Source of the DNA: Eledone cirrhosa
Taxonomy: Eukaryota
Reading direction: 5' to 3'
DNA: 64,000 nucleotides
Assembly: GCA_964016885.1 (NCBI GenBank)
Contig: CAXHJY010000329.1
Location: forward strand, 1-64,000
Made by a program: the position numbers and the translations under genes. Below, piece after piece: positions 55,001 through 64,000 of the stretch (position 1 is its first letter; the number at the start of each line of letters is the position of its first letter). The notes under the pieces are model-generated. The model made no database searches. It was given only the letters and a program-made list of their open reading frames with translations, and was not told the DNA's origin.

Positions 55001-58000
55001 GCAGAATGGGTGAAGCGTCAGACAACAGAGTTATGGTTTATACGCCCTGTTATTAGACTATAATATTGACAGAATGGGTGGAGCATCAGACACCAGAGTT
55101 ATGGTTTATACGCCCTGTTATTAGACTATAATATTGGCAGAATGGGTGGAGCGTCAGACACCAGAGTTATGGTTTATACGCCCTGTTATTAGACTATAAT
55201 ATTGGCAGAATGGGTGGAGCATCAGACACCAGAGTTATGGTTTATACGCCCTGTTATTAGACTATAATATTGGCAGAATGGGTGGAGCATCAGACACCAG
55301 AGTTATGGTTTATACGCCCTGTTATTAGACTATCATATTGGCAGAATGGGTGGAGCGTCAGACAACAGAGTTATGGTTTATACGCCCTGTTATTAGACTA
55401 TAATATTGGCAGAATGGGTGGAGCGTCAGACACCAGAGTTATGGTTTATACGCCCTGTTATTAGACTATAATATTGGCAGAATGGGTGGAGGGTCAGACA
55501 ACAGAGTTATGTTTTATACGCCCTGTTATTAGACTATAATATTGGCAGAATGGGTGGAGCGTTAGACAACAGAGTTATGGTTTATACGCCCTGTTATTAG
55601 ACTATAATATTGGCAGAATGGGTGGAGCGTCAGACAACAGAGTTATGGTTTATACGCTCTGTTATCAGACTATAATATTGGCAGAATGGGTGGAGCGTCA
55701 GACACCAGAGTTATGGTTTATACGCCCTGTAATTAGACTATAATATTGGCAGAATGGGGGGAGCGTCAGACAACAGAGTTATGGTTTATACGCCCTGTTA
55801 TTAGACTATAATATTGGCAGAATGGGTGGAGCGTCAGACAACAGAGTTATGGTTTATACGCCCTGTTATTAGACTATAATATTGGCAGAATGGGTGGAGC
55901 GTCAGACACCAGAGTTATGGTTTATACGCCCTGTTATTAGACTATAATATTGGCAGAATGGGTGGAGCGTCAGACAACAGAGTTATGGTTTATACGCCCT
56001 GTTATTAGACTATAATATTGGCAGAATGGGTTGAGCGTCAGACAACAGAGTTATGGTTTATACGCCCTGTTATTAGACTATAATATTGGCAGAATGGGTG
56101 GAGCGTCAGACAATAGAGTTATGGTTTATACGCCCTGTTATTAGACTATAATATTGGCAGAATGGGTGGGGCGTCAGACAACAGAGTTATAGTTTATACG
56201 CCCTGTTATTAGACTATAATATTGGCAGAATGGGTGGAGCGTCTGACAACAGAGTTATGGTTTATACGCCCTGTTATTAGACTATAATATTGGCAGAATG
56301 GGCGGAGCAGCAGACAACAGAGATATGGTTTATACGCCCTGTTATTAGACTATAATATTGGCAGAATCTGTGGAGCGTCAGACAATAGAGTTATGGTTTA
56401 TACGCCCTGTTATTAGACTATAATATTGGCAGAATGGGTTGAGCGTCAGACAACAGAGTTATGGTTTATACGCCCTGTTATTAGACTATAATATTGGCAG
56501 CATGGGTGAAGCGTCAGACAACAGAGTTATGGTTTATACGCCCTGTTATTAGACTATAATATTGGCAGACTGGGTGGAGCGTCAGACAACAGAGTTATGG
56601 TTTATACGCCCTGTTATTAGACTATAATATTGGCAGAATGGGTGGAGCGTCAGACAACAGAGTTATGGTTTATACGCCCTGTTATTAGACAATAATATTG
56701 GCAGAATGGGTGGAGCGTCAGACAACAGAGTTATGGTTTATACGCCCTGTTATTAGACTATAATATTGGCAGAATGGGTGGAGCGTCAGACAACAGAGTT
56801 ATGGTTTATACGCCCTGTTATTAGACTATAATATTGGCAGAATGGGTGGAGCGTCAGACAACAGACTTATGGTTTATACGCCCTGTTATTAGACTATAAT
56901 ATTGGCAGAATGGGTGGAGCAGCAGACAACAGAGATATGGTTTATACGCCCTGTTATTAGACTATAATATTGGCAGAATCTGTGGAGCGTCAGACACCAG
57001 AGTTATGGTTTACACGCCCTGTTATTAGACTATAATATTGGCAGAATGGGTGGAGCGTCAGACACCAGAGTTTTGGTTTATACGCCCTGTTATTAGACTA
57101 TAATATTGGCAGAATGGGTGGAGCATCAGACACCAGAGTTATGGTTTATACGCCCTGTTATTAGACTATAATATTGGCAGAATGGGTGGAGCATCAGACA
57201 CCAGAGTTATGGTTTATACGCCCTGTTATTAGACTATAATATTGGCAGAATGGGTGGAGCGTCAGACAACAGAGTTATGGTTTATACGCCCTGTTATTAG
57301 ACTATAATATTGGCAGAATGGGTGGAGCGTCAGACAACAAAGTTATGGTTTATACGCCCTGTTATTAGACTATCATATTGGCAGAATGGGTGAAGCGTCA
57401 GACAACAGAGTTATGGTTTATACGCCCTGTTATTAGACTATAATATTGACAGAATGGGTGGAGCATCAGACACCAGAGTTATGGTTTATACGCCCTGTTA
57501 TTAGACTATAATATTGGCAGAATGGGTGGAGCGTCAGACACCAGAGTTATGGTTTATACGCCCTGTTATTAGACTATAATATTGGCAGAATGGGTGGAGC
57601 ATCAGACACCAGAGTTATGGTTTATACGCCCTGTTATTAGACTATAATATTGGCAGAATGGGTGGAGCATCAGACACCAGAGTTATGGTTTATACGCCCT
57701 GTTATTAGACTATCATATTGGCAGAATGGGTGGAGCGTCAGACAACAGAGTTATGGTTTATACGCCCTGTTATTAGACTATAATATTGGCAGAATGGGTG
57801 GAGCGTCAGACACCAGAGTTATGGTTTATACGCCCTGTTATTAGACTATAATATTGGCAGAATGGGTGGAGGGTCAGACAACAGAGTTATGTTTTATACG
57901 CCCTGTTATTAGACTATAATATTGGCAGAATGGGTGGAGCGTTAGACAACAGAGTTATGGTTTATACGCCCTGTTATTAGACTATAATATTGGCAGAATG

Positions 58001-61000
58001 GGTGGAGCGTCAGACAACAGAGTTATGGTTTATACGCTCTGTTATCAGACTATAATATTGGCAGAATGGGTGGAGCGTCAGACACCAGAGTTATGGTTTA
58101 TACGCCCTGTAATTAGACTATAATATTGGCAGAATGGGGGGAGCGTCAGACAACAGAGTTATGGTTTATACGCCCTGTTATTAGACTATAATATTGGCAG
58201 AATGGGTGGAGCGTCAGACAACAGAGTTATGGTTTATACGCCCTGTTATTAGACTATAATATTGGCAGAATGGGTGGAGCGTCAGACACCAGAGTTATGG
58301 TTTATACGCCCTGTTATTAGACTATAATATTGGCAGAATGGGTGGAGCGTCAGACAACAGAGTTATGGTTTATACGCCCTGTTATTAGACTATAATATTG
58401 GCAGAATGGGTTGAGCGTCAGACAACAGAGTTATGGTTTATACGCCCTGTTATTAGACTATAATATTGGCAGAATGGGTGGAGCGTCAGACAATAGAGTT
58501 ATGGTTTATACGCCCTGTTATTAGACTATAATATTGGCAGAATGGGTGGGGCGTCAGACAACAGAGTTATAGTTTATACGCCCTGTTATTAGACTATAAT
58601 ATTGGCAGAATGGGTGGAGCGTCTGACAACAGAGTTATGGTTTATACGCCCTGTTATTAGACTATAATATTGGCAGAATGGGCGGAGCAGCAGACAACAG
58701 AGATATGGTTTATACGCCCTGTTATTAGACTATAATATTGGCAGAATCTGTGGAGCGTCAGACAATAGAGTTATGGTTTATACGCCCTGTTATTAGACTA
58801 TAATATTGGCAGAATGGGTTGAGCGTCAGACAACAGAGTTATGGTTTATACGCCCTGTTATTAGACTATAATATTGGCAGCATGGGTGAAGCGTCAGACA
58901 ACAGAGTTATGGTTTATACGCCCTGTTATTAGACTATAATATTGGCAGACTGGGTGGAGCGTCAGACAACAGAGTTATGGTTTATACGCCCTGTTATTAG
59001 ACTATAATATTGGCAGAATGGGTGGAGCGTCAGACAACAGAGTTATGGTTTATACGCCCTGTTATTAGACAATAATATTGGCAGAATGGGTGGAGCGTCA
59101 GACAACAGAGTTATGGTTTATACGCCCTGTTATTAGACTATAATATTGGCAGAATCTGTGGAGCGTCAGACAATAGAGTTATGGTTTATACGCCCTGTTA
59201 TTAGACTATAATATTGGCAGAATGGGTGGAGCGTCAGACACCAGAGTTATGGTTTATACGCCCTGTTATTAGACTATAATATTGGCAGAATGGGTGGAGC
59301 ATCAGACACCAGAGTTATGGTTTATACGCCCTGTTATTAGACTATAATATGGGCAGAATGGGTGGAGCATCAGACACCAGAGTTATGGTTTATACGCCCT
59401 GTTATTAGACTATAATATTGGCAGAATGGGTGGAGCGTCAGACAACAGAGTTATGGTTTATACGCCCTGTTATTAGACTATAATATTGGCAGAATGGGTG
59501 GAGCGTCAGACAACAGAGTTATGGTTTATACGCCCTGTTATTAGACTATCATATTGGCAGAATGGGTGGAGCGTCAGACAACAGAGTTATGGTTTATACG
59601 CCCTGTTATTAGACTATAATATTGACAGAATGGGTGGAGCATCAGACACCAGAGTTATGGTTTATACGCCCTGTTATTAGACTATAATATTGGCAGAATG
59701 GGTGGAGCGTCAGACACCAGAGTTATGGTTTATACGCCCTGTTATTAGACTATAATATTGGCAGAATGGGTGGAGCATCAGACACCAGAGTTATGGTTTA
59801 TACGCCCTGTTATTAGACTATAATATTGGCAGAATGGGTGGAGCATCAGACACCAGAGTTATGGTTTATACGCCCTGTTATTAGACTATAATATTGGCAG
59901 AATGGGTGGAGTGTCAGACAACAGAGTTATGGTTTATACGCCCTGTTATTAGACTATAATATTGGCAGAATGGGTGGAGCGTCAGACAACAGAGTTATGG
60001 TTTATACGCCCTGTTATTAGACTATCATATTGGCAGAATGGGTGGAGCGTCAGACAACAGAGTTATGGTTTATACGCCCTGTTATTAGACTATAATATTG
60101 GCAGAATGGGTGGAACGTCTGACACCAGAGTTATGGTTTATACGCCCTGTTATTAGACTATAATATTGGCAGAATGGGTGGAGCGTCAGACAACAGAGTT
60201 ATGGTTTATACGCCCTGTTATTAGACTATAATATTGGCAGAATGGGTGGAGCGTCAGACAACAGAGTTATGGTTTATACGCCCTGTTATTAGACTATAAT
60301 ATTGGCAGAATGGGTGGAGCGTCAGACAACAGACTTATGGTTTATACGCCCTGTTATTAGACTATAATATTGGCAGAATGGGTGGAGCAGCAGACAACAG
60401 AGATATGGTTTATACGCCCTGTTATTAGACTATAATATTGGCAGAATCTGTGGAGCGTCAGACACCAGAGTTATGGTTTACACGCCCTGTTATTAGACTA
60501 TAATATTGGCAGAATGGGTGGAGCGTCAGACACCAGAGTTTTGGTTTATACGCCCTGTTATTAGACTATAATATTGGCAGAATGGGTGGAGCATCAGACA
60601 CCAGAGTTATGGTTTATACGCCCTGTTATTAGACTATAATATTGGCAGAATGGGTGGAGCATCAGACACCAGAGTTATGGTTTATACGCCCTGTTATTAG
60701 ACTATAATATTGGCAGAATGGGTGGAGCGTCAGACAACAGAGTTATGGTTTATACGCCCTGTTATTAGACTATAATATTGGCAGAATGGGTGGAGCGTCA
60801 GACAACAAAGTTATGGTTTATACGCCCTGTTATTAGACTATCATATTGGCAGAATGGGTGAAGCGTCAGACAACAGAGTTATGGTTTATACGCCCTGTTA
60901 TTAGACTATAATATTGGCAGAATGGGTGGAGGGTCAGACAACAGAGTTATGTTTTATACGCCCTGTTATTAGACTATAATATTGGCAGAATGGGTGGAGC

Positions 61001-64000
61001 GTTAGACAACAGAGTTATGGTTTATACGCCCTGTTATTAGACTATAATATTGGCAGAATGGGTGGAGCGTCAGACAACAGAGTTATGGTTTATACGCTCT
61101 GTTATCAGACTATAATATTGGCAGAATGGGTGGAGCGTCAGACACCAGAGTTATGGTTTATACGCCCTGTAATTAGACTATAATATTGGCAGAATGGGGG
61201 GAGCGTCAGACAACAGAGTTATGGTTTATACGCCCTGTTATTAGACTATAATATTGGCAGAATGGGTGGAGCGTCAGACAACAGAGTTATGGTTTATACG
61301 CCCTGTTATTAGACTATAATATTGGCAGAATGGGTGGAGCGTCAGACACCAGAGTTATGGTTTATACGCCCTGTTATTAGACTATAATATTGGCAGAATG
61401 GGTGGAGCGTCAGACAACAGAGTTATGGTTTATACGCCCTGTTATTAGACTATAATATTGGCAGAATGGGTTGAGCGTCAGACAACAGAGTTATGGTTTA
61501 TACGCCCTGTTATTAGACTATAATATTGGCAGAATGGGTGGAGCGTCAGACAATAGAGTTATGGTTTATACGCCCTGTTATTAGACTATAATATTGGCAG
61601 AATGGGTGGGGCGTCAGACAACAGAGTTATAGTTTATACGCCCTGTTATTAGACTATAATATTGGCAGAATGGGTGGAGCGTCTGACAACAGAGTTATGG
61701 TTTATACGCCCTGTTATTAGACTATAATATTGGCAGAATGGGCGGAGCAGCAGACAACAGAGATATGGTTTATACGCCCTGTTATTAGACTATAATATTG
61801 GCAGACTCTGTGGAGCGTCAGACAATAGAGTTATGGTTTATACGCCCTGTTATTAGACTATAATATTGGCAGAATGGGTTGAGCGTCAGACAACAGAGTT
61901 ATGGTTTATACGCCCTGTTATTAGACTATAATATTGGCAGCATGGGTGAAGCGTCAGACAACAGAGTTATGGTTTATACGCCCTGTTATTAGACTATAAT
62001 ATTGGCAGACTGGGTGGAGCGTCAGACAACAGAGTTATGGTTTATACGCCCTGTTATTAGACTATAATATTGGCAGAATGGGTGGAGCGTCAGACAACAG
62101 AGTTATGGTTTATACGCCCTGTTATTAGACAATAATATTGGCAGAATGGGTGGAGCGTCAGACAACAGAGTTATGGTTTATACGCCCTGTTATTAGACTA
62201 TAATATTGGCAGAATGGGTGGAGCGTCAGACAATAGAGTTATGGTTTATACGCCCTGTTATTAGACTATAATATTGGCAGAATGGGTGGGGCGTCAGACA
62301 ATAGAGTTATAGTTTATACGCCCTGTTATTAGACTATAATATTGGCAGAATGGGTGGAGCGTCTGACAACAGAGTTATGGTTTATACGCCCTGTTATTAG
62401 ACTATAATATTGGCAGAATGGGTGGAGCGTCAGACAACAGACTTATGGTTTATACGCCCTGTTATTAGACTATAATATTGGCAGAATGGGTGGAGCAGCA
62501 GACAACAGAGATATGGTTTATACGCCCTGTTATTAGACTATAATATTGGCAGAATCTGTGGAGCGTCAGACAATAGAGTTATGGTTTATACGCCCTGTTA
62601 TTAGACTATAATATTGGCAGAATGGGTGGAGCGTCAGACACCAGAGTTATGGTTTATACGCCCTGTTATTAGACTATAATATTGGCAGAATGGGTGGAGC
62701 ATCAGACACCAGAGTTATGGTTTATACGCCCTGTTATTAGACTATAATATGGGCAGAATGGGTGGAGCATCAGACACCAGAGTTATGGTTTATACGCCCT
62801 GTTATTAGACTATAATATTGGCAGAATGGGTGGAGCGTCAGACAACAGAGTTATGGTTTATACGCCCTGTTATTAGACTATAATATTGGCAGAATGGGTG
62901 GAGCGTCAGACAACAGAGTTATGGTTTATACGCCCTGTTATTAGACTATCATATTGGCAGAATGGGTGGAGCGTCAGACAACAGAGTTATGGTTTATACG
63001 CCCTGTTATTAGACTATAATATTGACAGAATGGGTGGAGCATCAGACACCAGAGTTATGGTTTATACGCCCTGTTATTAGACTATAATATTGGCAGAATG
63101 GGTGGAGCGTCAGACACCAGAGTTATGGTTTATACGCCCTGTTATTAGACTATAATATTGGCAGAATGGGTGGAGCATCAGACACCAGAGTTATGGTTTA
63201 TACGCCCTGTTATTAGACTATAATATTGGCAGAATGGGTGGAGCATCAGACACCAGAGTTATGGTTTATACGCCCTGTTATTAGACTATAATATTGGCAG
63301 AATGGATGGAGTGTCAGACAACAGAGTTATGGTTTATACGCCCTGTTATTAGACTATAATATTGGCAGAATGGGTGGAGCGTCAGACAACAGAGTTATGG
63401 TTTATACGCCCTGTTATTAGACTATCATATTGGCAGAATGGGTGGAGCGTCAGACAACAGAGTTATGGTTTATACGCCCTGTTATTAGACTATAATATTG
63501 GCAGAATGGGTGGAGCGTCTGACACCAGAGTTATGGTTTATACGCCCTGTTATTAGACTATAATATTGGCAGAATGGTTGGAGCGTCAGACAACAGAGTT
63601 ATGGTTTATACGCCCTGTTATTAGACTATAATATTGGCAGAATGGGTGGAGCGTCAGACAACAGAGTTATGGTTTATACGCCCTGTTATTAGACTATAAT
63701 ATTGGCAGAATGGGTGGAGCGTCAGACAACAGACTTATGGTTTATACGCCCTGTTATTAGACTATAATATTGGCAGAATGGGTGGAGCAGCAGACAACAG
63801 AGATATGGTTTATACGCCCTGTTATTAGACTATAATATTGGCAGAATCTGTGGAGCGTCAGACACCAGAGTTATGGTTTATACGCCCTGTTATTAGACTA
63901 TAATATTGGCAGAATGGGTGGAGCGTCAGACACCAGAGTTTTGGTTTATACGCCCTGTTATTAGACTATAATATTGGCAGAATGGGTGGAGCATCAGACA
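46100..64000 (+). repeat. Domain built on a ~51-monomer (3468 bp) higher-order unit and its deletion variants
   Basis: Offset 3468 for 48401/51869, 48877/52345 and 50033/53501. Marker CTGTAATT at ~46410, 50490, 53958, 55727, 58107 and 61167 (spacings of 60, 51, 26, 35 and 45 monomers). Confidence 0.88.

Larger units (their letters stand above)
1617..64000 (+). repeat. 68-bp tandem satellite array, 917 complete monomers plus 27 bp, running off the window end
   Basis: The first monomer starts at 1617 and the last at 63974; 63974-1617 = 917x68+1. All copies are head-to-tail in one orientation and typically differ from consensus by 0-3 substitutions. Confidence 0.99.

Noticed and set aside
2569-63556. 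Dozens of 64-89 aa ORFs (MAEWVERQ...)
   Set aside because: They are three to four 68-bp monomers read through successive frames, nearly all from a TTG start. They appear only where a point variant (TATCAT, TATACT) removes a stop. 68 is not a multiple of 3 and the consensus has stops.
1617-64000. CRISPR array (68-bp period resembles repeat plus spacer)
   Set aside because: No unique spacers, since the whole 68 bp is conserved; no cas genes; the context is eukaryotic.
1617-64000. Human beta (Sau3A, 68-bp) satellite
   Set aside because: Only the length coincides. The monomer has no GATC site and the flank looks like an invertebrate SINE and microsatellite landscape.
1617-64000. Whole array as a sequencing or concatemer artefact
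   Set aside because: Multi-site variants recur in consistent order across distant blocks and indels are almost absent, which is not an error pattern. Exact copy number still needs read validation.

Overview
Non-coding eukaryotic repeat DNA; no protein gene or RNA gene is supported. Bases 1-1270 are low-complexity (ACN trinucleotide tract, then a GA-rich tract). Bases ~1381-1603 are a diverged tRNA-derived SINE with a clear Pol III B box and an (ATT)n tail; from memory it resembles the abundant octopus/cephalopod SINEs, which I cannot verify here. From 1617 to the window end lies one head-to-tail array of a 68-bp monomer (TTGGCAGAATGGGTGGAGCRTCAGACAMCAGAGTTATGGTTTATACGCCCTGTTATTAGACTATAATA): 917 full copies plus a partial one, with a net length change of only +1 bp. 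The most notable observation is that the monomer appears to derive from the 5' head of the SINE family lying directly upstream: 21-22 of its first 30 nt match ungapped and each copy keeps a consensus Pol III A box but no B box. The array starts abruptly right after the SINE tail, so the junction where the satellite arose may be preserved. Point variants reveal nested higher-order duplications (2, 3, 15, 23, 34, 51 and ~101-103 monomers) and a turnover of variants along the array. The ORFs in the track are artefacts of the repeats.
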